This document shows positions 48,175 to 57,540 of a DNA stretch of 64,000 nt, piece after piece. Source of the DNA: an uncultured Thermoplasmatales archaeon (GTDB taxonomy: Archaea; Thermoplasmatota; E2; UBA202; DSCA01); assembly GCA_964514975.1 (NCBI GenBank), contig CAZESS010000010.1:1-64000 (forward strand), written 5' to 3'. Position numbers and translations under genes: made by a program. The notes under the pieces are model-generated. The model saw nothing but the letters and a program-made list of their open reading frames with translations, was not told the origin of the DNA and did no database searches. How positions within the stretch are numbered: position 1 is the stretch's first letter; each line of letters starts with the position of its first letter.

Positions 48175-49131
48175 ATGAGCTCGTCTGTTATGGGAGATAC
48201 GAAGCAACATCAGAGTGTTACCATCGTTGTCAATGTTTACAACGCTGCCGATATCATCGACGACTTTATGGGTTCGCTTACAGAACAAACATTTACAGAT
48301 TTTCATCTGTTGGTCATCGACGATGGGTCGACCGACCACACCATACAAAAAATCGAAAAATACAACGAGCAGATAGACATATCCATTCACCGGCGCTCCC
48401 ACCAGGGCATCAAAAAAGCCCGAGCCTACGGCGTCCAGCAGGCATCCGGAGACATCATCATAATCCTCGACGCCGATCTCATCCTCGATTGCCACGCCAT
48501 CGAAGAACTTGTCAGGCCGCTGGAAACCGACACCGTCGGCGCAGTCGGAGGAACACTCAAAGGAAAAGGAGACACCACAACAAGCAAAGCCTATGGATTC
48601 CTCCGAGAACTCTTCTACAGCCTTCGAGCAAAAGGACAACAGGCCGACTGGCTAACCGGAGGATTCGCTGCATTCAAACAAGAGGTGATAAAAAAAGCGG
48701 GTGGATTTTCAACCGAACAGCTTTCCGGCGACCTCGACATATCCTGGAAGATAAAAAAGCAGGGCTACAGGCTCGTGCTCAACCAGGATGCGGTCGCATA
48801 TCACCGCGACCCCGAAACCCTCCAAGAGATATGGAACCGAGAAAAAAACATCGGCCAGCGGGAATACCATCTCACCAAAAAACATCCCAAAGAAGCGATG
48901 AAACCCCGCAGGCTATTCCGGTTCTACCCGATGCTGCTGCCCGTCGCCATACTCCTCACATTTCTCTCATGGCCGCTCGTCGCCACGATAATAGCAATAT
49001 CATACCTTGCAACTCTCATAGCAGTGAAAGGCACGTTCAAAGTCCGGAGTATCGCCTGGCTGGTGTTCAACGTGATGAACGCTGCCTACTGCACAGGATT
49101 CCTCTCCACCATGCTCATCAATAAAAAATAG
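48175..49131 (+). CDS. GT2 glycosyltransferase with C-terminal TM helices
   Basis: 'DDGSTD', 'LDAD', 'GGF', 'DLD.S', hydrophobic C-terminus. Confidence 0.88.
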   Translation: MSSSVMGDTKQHQSVTIVVNVYNAADIIDDFMGSLTEQTFTDFHLLVIDDGSTDHTIQKIEKYNEQIDISIHRRSHQGIKKARAYGVQQASGDIIIILDADLILDCHAIEELVRPLETDTVGAVGGTLKGKGDTTTSKAYGFLRELFYSLRAKGQQADWLTGGFAAFKQEVIKKAGGFSTEQLSGDLDISWKIKKQGYRLVLNQDAVAYHRDPETLQEIWNREKNIGQREYHLTKKHPKEAMKPRRLFRFYPMLLPVAILLTFLSWPLVATIIAISYLATLIAVKGTFKVRSIAWLVFNVMNAAYCTGFLSTMLINKK

Positions 49132-49265
49132 TACAAGAATATCATTTTATGCCGGTGCACCAGAATTTGCTGCACCCGCCCGGAGAGACATTTCCTCCAC
49201 CAGGCCCTCAAGCAGGGATAGTATATGCTATCAATGAAGAATCACCACTTTTCTTACAAATTTTC

Positions 49266-50885
49266 TTATAAGTCCGTGTACTCATCTCTCATTTTCTGCA
49301 GCCAGTAGGAGAGCACGAACAGCAGATAGAAAAAATAGCCATGCCTGCCGCCGGACACCCGCTCCGCCAGTGCATCCACGTTGTCAGCGATGCCTGCAGC
49401 CTCAATGTGGTCGACCATAAACCGATGCAGCCGTGGCTCCTTCGCGATCACCCCGCCAACCTGCTCGACCGTCTGGCTGCCCGGACAGAGCTTTTTTTTG
49501 ATTTCCTGCACATACTTTGTCATAACCTGAAGCCGCCGTGGCGCATTCAATGGAAAGGCATACCGGGTCGTCAGTATCTTATACTCGGGAGACATCTTCT
49601 GCAGCAATGAATAATACAGCTTATTGTTGACCCTGTCGTTTCGCTGCATGCAGCTGAAATAAAAATCATAGTCCAAGAATGGGAACAACCGTTCCGGAGG
49701 CGCCCTAGAAAACTTGAACATGTGCCGGCGTCGCTCTCGCATAAACATGTGATATGCCTCTATGTCCACATGCTCGAAGGGGACGGGCACCGCCGTCAGT
49801 TTTTCATATACCTCTGGGACCAGGTACCGCTGGAGAGCACCTCCTGGTATTTTGGTCCGCACCCTGTCGAGCAGAGAACGTGAAACAGAGCGAAAAGGGA
49901 TGCCGAACAGGATGGTCAGATAATACCGTTTATCCCGGAGCAGCAAAAATTCCCCCGAGACAGGAGGGGCAAACCCGCCGCTGAGCCTGACATTGAATCC
50001 CGGTGCGGTCGTCTTGGATACCTCAGGTTTTCGTATATCAAACGGATTTTGTGTGTCAAAAAGTTGTTGCACCTGTTCTTTGGACCGTGCCGTCTGGCTC
50101 CTGAGTATACGATGTTGTTTTATGTCCAGGTTGCTCGTCAGCTCTTTCGCCAGCCGGACATCCTCCCGTTGCGCCGCATCAGGCTGCTCAGGACACCCAG
50201 TTATGGCGGTCAGCTCCTGCTTGTTCGGCCAGTGAAACAGCACAAAGCGGGAATCAATGCCGCCCGACAGGTTGAGGGCATACTCGATCTCATCCGTGTA
50301 CAGCCGCTGGCATCCCCGCCGAAAAAGCTCCTCGACATCCCGGGAGATGGTGACATTTTGTGGCGTATACGACCGCACCTCTACCGACGGCCGTTTCATA
50401 TCATAGGCCACAATGGCGTGTGGCGACAGCACCCTGATATACCGGTCCTGAGTTTCATATCGCAAAAAGTTGCCATATTTGAGATACTGGGAGAGGGCAT
50501 ACCAGTCGATCTCCCGGAAAGGCAGATTGAGAATGTTTGAGGAAAACTGAAACGGCTCACAGGTGGTATAATAAAATGGTAGCTGACCGAAATAGTCGTT
50601 GGCCACGTAGAGCTTTTCCCTGTTTTTGTCATGGACAAGCAGGTTGAACTTGCCCGTCCTGATCTTCTCGACGAAGCGGATGCCATGTTTTTTGTACATC
50701 ATGTGCAGCCTGTGCAGGGTTTCCTGCCGCAGGCTTTCGCCGATGTCGTCCTCAAGGACGAGGTAGCCGTCAACCGCGATGACAACGTCGCTGGTTTCAT
50801 AGATGTCGTCAAAAAAAACCTGGTTCAGGTTGACCGTGAGCTCGCCGTCAACAAAATGAAAGCCAATGTCATCTATATCTTCCAT
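49266..50885 (-). CDS. Asparagine synthetase-like (AsnB-type) ATP-dependent amide ligase lacking the N-terminal catalytic Cys
   Basis: 'NDYFGQLPFYY', PP-loop 'LSGGIDSR', 'PFLD'. The N-terminus is MEDI, not MCGI. Confidence 0.75.
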   Translation of the reverse strand: MEDIDDIGFHFVDGELTVNLNQVFFDDIYETSDVVIAVDGYLVLEDDIGESLRQETLHRLHMMYKKHGIRFVEKIRTGKFNLLVHDKNREKLYVANDYFGQLPFYYTTCEPFQFSSNILNLPFREIDWYALSQYLKYGNFLRYETQDRYIRVLSPHAIVAYDMKRPSVEVRSYTPQNVTISRDVEELFRRGCQRLYTDEIEYALNLSGGIDSRFVLFHWPNKQELTAITGCPEQPDAAQREDVRLAKELTSNLDIKQHRILRSQTARSKEQVQQLFDTQNPFDIRKPEVSKTTAPGFNVRLSGGFAPPVSGEFLLLRDKRYYLTILFGIPFRSVSRSLLDRVRTKIPGGALQRYLVPEVYEKLTAVPVPFEHVDIEAYHMFMRERRRHMFKFSRAPPERLFPFLDYDFYFSCMQRNDRVNNKLYYSLLQKMSPEYKILTTRYAFPLNAPRRLQVMTKYVQEIKKKLCPGSQTVEQVGGVIAKEPRLHRFMVDHIEAAGIADNVDALAERVSGGRHGYFFYLLFVLSYWLQKMRDEYTDL

Positions 50886-51046
50886 GGTATAATCCTGCAG
50901 CTAGGGGCAACATGCCCGGTTTTTTTAAATAATTTGTTGTTTTGTAGCGCCGGCTTCCCATATACCTTAAATATTGCGGCCTCATTGCACTGGGTGCAGA
51001 CACACCTTTCGATAGTGCTCTGCATATGCATCATTGAAGTGGTAGC

Positions 51047-52372
51047 ATGAAATACAGGGTCAGATGTCTCAACTGCGGAAAAACATATGGCGAAGACGAA
51101 TACGTGACCAGGTGCACAAACGGCTGCGACGCGATGCTGCGCACCGAATACGAGCAAAAACAGATTGAGTCCGTCGACGAATATCCAGGGCTCTGGCAGT
51201 ACATCAACTGGCTGCCCGTCAACTCTGTCGACAGCCGCATCCTCGAGCACAGCAGCACCTTCCACACATACCGGAGCGAAAAGCTGGCCGACCATCTCGG
51301 CCTGGACAACCTCGTCATCTGCCTCAACGCGTTTCGCCCCGGACACCGGGCGAGCATGAAAACCGCCACGTTCAAGGACATCGAAGCCGAGCTGTCATTC
51401 CAGCGCATCCAGACCACAAAAGACCATGGCAAACCATTCATTCTTTCCTCAGCGGGCAACACCGGCACCGCGTTCATATATTATTCTAATATCGTTAAAT
51501 ATCCAATCGTGCTAACAGCCACTGAGGAGGCCCGTCGAAATCGAATCTGGTCATACCGGAAGTCAAACCCATATGTGACCATGATAACCATGCAAGACCG
51601 TTGCGATTACTGTGACGCAATAAGCCTTGCCCGTGAACTCGGGAGCAGCGGATATTTCGTAGCAGAAGGCGGCGCCCGCAACGTCGCCCGTAGAGACGGG
51701 ATGGGCACTATCATGCTCGATGCCACCAGGATGCTCGGCCGGATGCCCGACCACTATTTCCAGGCGCTTGGCTCCGGGCCGGGAGCCATCGCCGCCTACG
51801 AGGCATCGCTCCGCCTGCAACGGGACGGCCGCTACGGCGACAGGCTGCCAAGGATCCATGGCGCACAAAACGCCCCGTTCGCGCCGATGTATGACGCCTG
51901 GCATGCCGGAACAAGGTGCATCGACACCAAATACCAGTGCGAGGCGGCCAAAAACCTGATACGGCAGGTGCACGCCCACGTGCTCACCAACCGCCATCCA
52001 GCCTACGACGTCAAAGGCGGCGTGTACGACGCGCTCTCCGCCACCAACGGCGAGTTCTACTGCATATCCAACGAGGAGGCACGGCGGGCGCAGCAGCTGT
52101 TCAAACGGCTGGAGGGCTGCAGCATCGTGCCCGCCGCCGGCGTCACCGTGGCCTCCCTCATCCAAGCGGTGGAAAACGAGCTCGTTGACCCCGACGACAC
52201 GGTTTTGCTCAACATCACCGGCGGCGGCAGACAGGAAATGGAGATGAAAAAGTTTAAAGTAACGCCCTCCATTACCCTCACACGGAACTATGACCCTGAA
52301 CAGGTCCTGCACGAGGTTTTATCATGCAACAAAAAATTGAGCGCGCAAAAGAACTCATACGAGAGGGAATAG
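51047..52372 (+). CDS. Cysteate synthase (threonine synthase-like PLP enzyme)
   Basis: 'T.TFKD.EA', 'SAGNT..AF', 'EGGARNVARRDGMGT', 'PDHYFQA.GSG.G.IA', 'VL.NR.P.Y', 'LLNITGGG'; these match the methanogen cysteate synthase family. Confidence 0.88.
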   Translation: MKYRVRCLNCGKTYGEDEYVTRCTNGCDAMLRTEYEQKQIESVDEYPGLWQYINWLPVNSVDSRILEHSSTFHTYRSEKLADHLGLDNLVICLNAFRPGHRASMKTATFKDIEAELSFQRIQTTKDHGKPFILSSAGNTGTAFIYYSNIVKYPIVLTATEEARRNRIWSYRKSNPYVTMITMQDRCDYCDAISLARELGSSGYFVAEGGARNVARRDGMGTIMLDATRMLGRMPDHYFQALGSGPGAIAAYEASLRLQRDGRYGDRLPRIHGAQNAPFAPMYDAWHAGTRCIDTKYQCEAAKNLIRQVHAHVLTNRHPAYDVKGGVYDALSATNGEFYCISNEEARRAQQLFKRLEGCSIVPAAGVTVASLIQAVENELVDPDDTVLLNITGGGRQEMEMKKFKVTPSITLTRNYDPEQVLHEVLSCNKKLSAQKNSYERE

Positions 52373-53100
52373 AAACATATGGAGACCGGGTGGCCGTCGG
52401 CTGCAGCTGGGGAAAAGACAGCATGGCCCTGCTGCATCTCGCCCTGGAGGTCGACCCGGACGTACCGGTGTTTTCGATTTTGACGGTACACAAGCCGGAT
52501 GAAACATATGAATATGCCAAAAAGGTATGCGAAAAATACGACCTCGACCCGCATATCTACATGGTGGCAGACGAGGTCCCCGAAGCAATCGAAGGGATGA
52601 ACGTCACGCTGCTCCCGATGGATGAATACAAAAAAGAGGCGATGCGGATAAAAACCGAGAGCGGGCGCGACATCTACTACGAGGACCCCGACCTGTGCTG
52701 CCAGCTGCTCAAGGTCGTGCCCACCCGACATGCATACAAGGACATGGACCTGCGGGCATGGTTCAGCGGGCTGCGGAACACCGAGGGGCACACCAGGACG
52801 TTCCTGGACGAAAAAGAAAAACGGAGCGACAAAGAAGTAAAAATTAATCCCATACTTGGCTGGTGGGAAAACGAGGTGTGGCGATACCTGGAGGAAAACG
52901 ACATCCCCATCCATCCATGGTACGACAAAAAGTTCGAAAACGGCAAAAAAATCCGCTCGCTCGGCTGCGCACCCTGCACCGTCCCCGTCCATGAATATGA
53001 GGCAGAGCGAGCCGGACGATGGAGAGGAACAAACAAAAAAGCCGGGGAATGCGGCATCCACACGCAGCCGCTCAGAAAACTGAAAAAAGACGAAGTCTAA
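52324..53100 (+). CDS. cysH: Assimilatory APS/PAPS reductase, Fe-S (APS) type
   Basis: 'SWGKDS', 'CC..LKV.P', 'K.NPI..W', 'SLGCAPCT', 'R.GRW', 'ECGIH'. Confidence 0.88.
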   Translation: MQQKIERAKELIREGIETYGDRVAVGCSWGKDSMALLHLALEVDPDVPVFSILTVHKPDETYEYAKKVCEKYDLDPHIYMVADEVPEAIEGMNVTLLPMDEYKKEAMRIKTESGRDIYYEDPDLCCQLLKVVPTRHAYKDMDLRAWFSGLRNTEGHTRTFLDEKEKRSDKEVKINPILGWWENEVWRYLEENDIPIHPWYDKKFENGKKIRSLGCAPCTVPVHEYEAERAGRWRGTNKKAGECGIHTQPLRKLKKDEV

Positions 53101-53117
53101 CCCCCTTTTTTTTCTTT

Positions 53118-54125
53118 TTACCATATCCGCCGCCGGAGCAGCGCATAGAGCACCCCATACGCATATGACACATGGACGCCGGGGAGCAAAAGCAGCGCAT
53201 ACAAAAACAGCCGGACATCGTGGTAGCCATGGGCCAGCCGAACCGATTCCAGCGCAATGGCCATCGCATAGGCCACGCCGCCAAGAAACAGCAGCACGAC
53301 GAGCCAGTCGAGAATGCCGAACACGGTGAAGAGCACTACGGCGGTAAGCAGACCTACAAGCCCGTAGGCGGGCCAGAGATAGATGTGGCTGAGCAGGCCC
53401 TGCAGGCCATGTTTTTTGACGATCGCGACCTTGGCCTTCGCCCATTTGTATATCTGCCTGGCGAAATGACGGATGTGCTGCTTACGGTAATGCACAACCC
53501 TGACCCGGGACGAGTACAGCAGCCGATGGCCGGCACGGCGTATCCGATGGTTGAGCTCCAGGTCCTGTCCCTTCACAAACGCCTCGTCGAACAGGCCCAC
53601 CTCCATCACAATGCTGCGGCGGAGCGCCAGGTTGCAGGTCGGGATGTGGTCGACATAGCTCGTCCCCCGTTCCATGGTATGCTGCGTCGACGGGTTGAAC
53701 TGGCCGCCCCGCGCCAGCGGCGACGTCATCACCCGGCCGACCGCCTTGGATTTGTAGATGCTGTCCCCGGGGAGCAGGTCGGGGCCGCCGACGCCTGCAA
53801 CGTCGTGCTCCATAAAAAGACGGCTGATCTGGCTGAGCCAGTCATCATAGGGAACCGCGTCGCCGTCAACAAACGCGACGATGTCGCCCTGCGCTGTCTC
53901 GATGCCCCGGTTGCGGCCCGCCGCCGCGTTCTCCAGGGGATTGCGCAGCAGCCGAAAGTCATGCACCTCCTGCAACTCCTCGAGCAGCTCATAGGTGCCG
54001 TCGGTGCTCATCCCGTCGATCACGATGACCTCGTAGTCCTCATAATCCTGCCGGGACAGCCCCTCGATACATTTCTGGATGTGCGGGCGTTCGTCTTTGA
54101 CTGCCACGACGACTGAAATGAGCAC
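53118..54125 (-). CDS. GT2 glycosyltransferase (ExoA-like) with C-terminal TM helices
   Basis: 'DGMSTDGT', 'GRN.G', 'FVDGD', 'GLFDE', 'QDLELN.R'. GTG start at 54125. Confidence 0.9.
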   Translation of the reverse strand: MLISVVVAVKDERPHIQKCIEGLSRQDYEDYEVIVIDGMSTDGTYELLEELQEVHDFRLLRNPLENAAAGRNRGIETAQGDIVAFVDGDAVPYDDWLSQISRLFMEHDVAGVGGPDLLPGDSIYKSKAVGRVMTSPLARGGQFNPSTQHTMERGTSYVDHIPTCNLALRRSIVMEVGLFDEAFVKGQDLELNHRIRRAGHRLLYSSRVRVVHYRKQHIRHFARQIYKWAKAKVAIVKKHGLQGLLSHIYLWPAYGLVGLLTAVVLFTVFGILDWLVVLLFLGGVAYAMAIALESVRLAHGYHDVRLFLYALLLLPGVHVSYAYGVLYALLRRRIW

Positions 54126-54237
54126 AGGAAGAATTATGCCAGCGTTAATAAACGTTCTCCTGTTCACCGGCCGCTGCGAATCAGGCGGCTGGAATGATGC
54201 CGGGTGGCGGCGTCCGATGGACGGCATATCGTAAAAC

Positions 54238-54283
54238 ATGTTTAACGATATAACGAAAGATTATTAAATATGTTTAACGATAT
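54238..54283 (+). repeat. 14-bp direct repeat ATGTTTAACGATAT (54238, 54270) in the promoter of the AAA/DUF4143 gene
   Basis: Exact duplication flanking a TATA-like TTATTAAATA. Confidence 0.6.
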
Positions 54284-54295
54284 TGCAATACAACG

Positions 54296-55585
54296 ATGGC
54301 TGAAGAAATACGCACGGTAATCAAGGAATACTGGAAAAAAGAGCTCCCGCAGACAAAGCAACGGGAGATAGCACTCTCACTGGAACCACATTTTATAAAC
54401 GATGTCGTCGGACCCCGGCGGGCGGGCAAGACCTATCTCATGTTCCTCACCATCAAAAAACTAATGGAGGAACAAGACAAAGAGGCGACCATTTACATAA
54501 ACTTCGAAAACCGGAAACTCAAGCCCCTCAGGAAGGAATATTTCAACGACATCGTGGCCTTCATCTACGCAGAACAGCTCCTCGAAACCTATGACACCGT
54601 ATACCTGTTTCTGGACGAGGTGCAACGGATGCCCAACTGGGAGACATACGTCCGGAGCATCTACGACGAATTCAAAGGCGGCCTCAAGATTTTTGTCAGC
54701 GGCTCATCGGCAAACCTGCTGAGCAGGGAATACGCATCGTTGCTCACCGGACGACACCTCACGACCCGCATCCTCCCCCTGAGTTTCAGGGAATTTCTCG
54801 GGTTCAAAGGATGCTCCACAGCCAACGACACCGAGCGAGAGAGAGCCCTCCTCAAACGGCACCTGGAAGCGTACCTCCACTATGGCGGGTTCCCCGACGT
54901 CGTGCTAGCACACGAAAAAGAGGACATCCTTTCTCAGCTTTTCATGGATATTGTGTCCCGGGGCGTGCTGTCACGAGTGGAAGTTCGAAAGGAGGACGTC
55001 CTCGACGAGTTTGCCTACCACCTCGCCAGCAACGTCTCCAGCCTGCTGAGTTTCAACAAAATGAAAAACTACTTTGACAGCAGGGGAATACAAGTCTCCG
55101 TTCCAACGCTCACAACCTACTTCTCTCATCTCAGAAGCGCATTCCTGTTTTTCGACAGCCGCATCTTCTCCTACAATGTGAAAGACCAGATGCAATATCC
55201 CCGGAAAATATACTGCGTGGACAACGGCATAGCCAATATAACCGGGTTTAAAACGTCACGGGACCTGGGCGCGCTGTACGAAAACACCGTAGCGGTAGAG
55301 TTGCTTCGACGCGGAAACAATCTCTACTACTGGAAAAGCAAACGACAGGAAGAAGTTGACTTTGTGATAAAAAAGGGAACCGACGTCGGGCAGCTCATCC
55401 AGGTATGCACCGACATCCGAAACACGGATACCAGAAAACGGGAGACAGCGGCCCTCCTCAAGGCAATGGACGAATTCGACCTTGAAGAAGGAATGATAAT
55501 AACGGGCTCCACCACAGAAAAGGAAACAGTAGAGGGAAAAAGGATTCACTATATGCCCCTCCTTGAATGGCTCCTGAAACAGTGA
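54296..55585 (+). CDS. AAA_14 + DUF4143 ATP-binding protein
   Basis: 'GPRRAGKT', 'FLDEVQ', 'SGSS', 'LTGR', 'GGFP', 'K.Y..DNG', 'EVDFV...IQV'. Confidence 0.92.
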   Translation: MAEEIRTVIKEYWKKELPQTKQREIALSLEPHFINDVVGPRRAGKTYLMFLTIKKLMEEQDKEATIYINFENRKLKPLRKEYFNDIVAFIYAEQLLETYDTVYLFLDEVQRMPNWETYVRSIYDEFKGGLKIFVSGSSANLLSREYASLLTGRHLTTRILPLSFREFLGFKGCSTANDTERERALLKRHLEAYLHYGGFPDVVLAHEKEDILSQLFMDIVSRGVLSRVEVRKEDVLDEFAYHLASNVSSLLSFNKMKNYFDSRGIQVSVPTLTTYFSHLRSAFLFFDSRIFSYNVKDQMQYPRKIYCVDNGIANITGFKTSRDLGALYENTVAVELLRRGNNLYYWKSKRQEEVDFVIKKGTDVGQLIQVCTDIRNTDTRKRETAALLKAMDEFDLEEGMIITGSTTEKETVEGKRIHYMPLLEWLLKQ

Positions 55586-55690
55586 CCGTGAGGCTTATCT
55601 GCCCGGTCGGCATCTATTCCCCGCTCACCACCCGGGCGGCATCCAGTGACCAGCAACACCAGTCAATATAATAACACATATTACGTTGTT

Positions 55691-55849
55691 ATGGAAAAAG
55701 AAAAAGAGAGCGATACGAGTTATAAAGGGCTCTCTCCCAATGAATACCACCTGCTCTCTCTGATAGAGATGAGCAGCATGGTGGTGTTCAACGTGCGAGA
55801 CGTCATGCAGATCTTAACGTTTATCGGGAAGAAAATAACGGGTTCGTGA
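55691..55849 (+). pseudogene. Truncated N-terminus of an AbiEi-like (type IV TA) antitoxin/wHTH protein
   Basis: 'KGLSPNEY.LL.......VF...DV' resembles AbiEi N-termini; stops after about 52 aa. Confidence 0.45.
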
Positions 55850-55931
55850 CTGCTGGAATCTCTCCTCCGCTGCGAAAAACATGTAAACCACAGGCCGATA
55901 TATCCCCAGGGAACCCAAGGACGTCGTCACG

Positions 55932-56300
55932 ATGCTACAGGATCTGCAACACTTCGACGACCTGCGCTTCGTCTATCTGTTCGGCTCCGCAGCCACCGGC
56001 GATGCCACCGAGCGGTCCGATGTAGACCTCTGTCTCTACTACGACCTCGACGACGAGCAGGAACTGGCGGATCTGCTCTACGAAATTAGCGGCATGCTTT
56101 CCTCTCGCTACGACATCCATTTCTTTCAGTTTCTTCCCCGGTATGTGCAGAAGGAGGTGTTTAGGGGCAGACTGCTCTACACCTCCGACCGGGGCTTCGT
56201 CCACGACCTGGCCTATCACACCCGGCGGGCATACGAGGACTTCGAACCCCGATACCGCCTCATCCTCCACGGCAAAGCCGGAGTGGAGGCCTCCAGATGA
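55932..56300 (+). CDS. Minimal nucleotidyltransferase (MntA-like)
   Basis: 'YLFGS.A.G.....SDVDL', 'DI..F..LP', 'YEDFEP'. Confidence 0.88.
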   Translation: MLQDLQHFDDLRFVYLFGSAATGDATERSDVDLCLYYDLDDEQELADLLYEISGMLSSRYDIHFFQFLPRYVQKEVFRGRLLYTSDRGFVHDLAYHTRRAYEDFEPRYRLILHGKAGVEASR

Positions 56301-56360
56301 ACGAAAAACTGCTGCACAAACTGTCAGCGGCACGGGACAGCGTGAACCTCGTCGACCGCC
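56297..56360 (+). pseudogene. Stub of a HepT/DUF86-like toxin
   Basis: 'MNEKLLHKLSAARDSVNLV' overlaps the MNT stop (ATGA) and is then interrupted. Confidence 0.45.
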
Positions 56361-56372
56361 GGTGGTGCAATC

Positions 56373-56680
56373 ATGGCTGAAACAGCATCTCTAGCGTCGC
56401 TGGAAAAAGAGTTCGGGTTTCTGAAAGACCGGGCGCTGGCGCTGCTGCTCTACGGCTCCCATGCCACCGGTGACGTCCACTCGCCGGCAAAAAATACGAC
56501 GTCTACCTGTTCGAGGAGCTGCCGCTCTACCTCCAGGTAGCGATAATAGAGGCGCATCGGGTCGTCTTCTGCCGCAACATTTACGATCTCCATGAATACT
56601 TCTATCCCTACATGAAACGATGGAGAGATCAGAAACAACGGAACACCGTGACACGGGAGGATGTCCTCCGGGGCCTGTAA
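56373..56680 (+). pseudogene. Second MNT nucleotidyltransferase with an internal deletion (DxD motif lost) and frameshift near 56487
   Basis: 'LEKEFGFL....LLYGSHA.G', then in a shifted frame 'KYDVYLFEELPLYLQ..II...YFY...K.W.DQ..R'. Confidence 0.75.
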
Positions 56681-56696
56681 CACCGCCGGCAGCCAC

Positions 56697-57086
56697 TCAC
56701 CGTACCCGTATCAGCGGGACGTCAAGGTCGTCAAAGTCATCGTCCCATCCAACCAGCAGCTGGTCCTCTTTCGCCTGTGCCGTAGCCGCCGCGAAGGCAT
56801 CGGCAAGCGGTATCGCATGCAGCGCTTTTATCATGCCTGCCTTTCGCCAGATAGCATCGTGTGGCTGCACGACCTGGAGGCCGTATGCGTTCAGGTTCCG
56901 TATCTTTTCTTCGGCTATGGCGGCGTCACGCCGGTACAGGATGTAGTACAGTTCTGTCAGGTTCACCACGCTCAGCCATCCCTGGATGGCTCCCTGTATC
57001 ACCCGTCCAAGCCATTCCTCAACCACCGGTGCACCCGGCTCGTCGAGGTAGAACAGCAGCAGGCTTTCGGTGTCAAACACCACCAT
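56697..57086 (-). CDS. vapC: VapC-family PIN toxin
   Basis: 'VFDT', 'S.VNL.E.YY', 'LADAFAAATA'. Confidence 0.88.
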   Translation of the reverse strand: MVVFDTESLLLFYLDEPGAPVVEEWLGRVIQGAIQGWLSVVNLTELYYILYRRDAAIAEEKIRNLNAYGLQVVQPHDAIWRKAGMIKALHAIPLADAFAAATAQAKEDQLLVGWDDDFDDLDVPLIRVR

Positions 57087-57341
57087 CTATATCCGCTCCA
57101 GCCGGTGCTCCCGCCGTACATCTTCCTGTCGGTCCTCCTTCAGGATATCCTCGGCGGTCAGGTCTCCGAACAGGGATTTGAGCGATCCGCGTTCATCGGC
57201 GAGAGGGGGAAGCGGTCTGAACATGACGCCGTGCACAGTCGGGATAACAATTGCTTTGTCCTCAAAGCCAAACCTGTCCCGCCACCGCTTCGGAATGGTG
57301 GCCTGTCCCTTTTTCGTAATTTTCACTACCCTCTCATCCAT
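57087..57341 (-). CDS. AbrB/MazE-type antitoxin
   Basis: 'VKITKKGQATIPK.WR..FG'. Confidence 0.9.
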   Translation of the reverse strand: MDERVVKITKKGQATIPKRWRDRFGFEDKAIVIPTVHGVMFRPLPPLADERGSLKSLFGDLTAEDILKEDRQEDVRREHRLERI

Positions 57342-57388
57342 GTATTACTAAAAATAAAAGTATTACTTAAATATTTTGGTAGTATTAC
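57342..57388. promoter_or_regulatory. Three GTATTAC direct repeats (57342, 57360, 57382), putative antitoxin operator
   Basis: Immediately upstream of the AbrB-type gene in an AT-rich promoter. Confidence 0.5.
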
Positions 57389-57540
57389 GTTTTTTTTTAA
57401 TACATATGCATCCTGCTCTCTGCGGCACCCCCCTCCCCATCCGGGAACATCCCATCGGCCCCATGGCGGCAACAAACATTTTTAACCCCTGTTGCTTTGT
57501 GAAAGCCGTGAACCCGAAAGGCCCAGCCTGTTGTCCATCG

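Noticed and set aside
51047-52372. Cysteate synthase as evidence of coenzyme M synthesis or methanogenesis
   Set aside because: No comDE, aminotransferase or mcr genes in the window, and the context is glycan biosynthesis. It cannot be excluded genome-wide.
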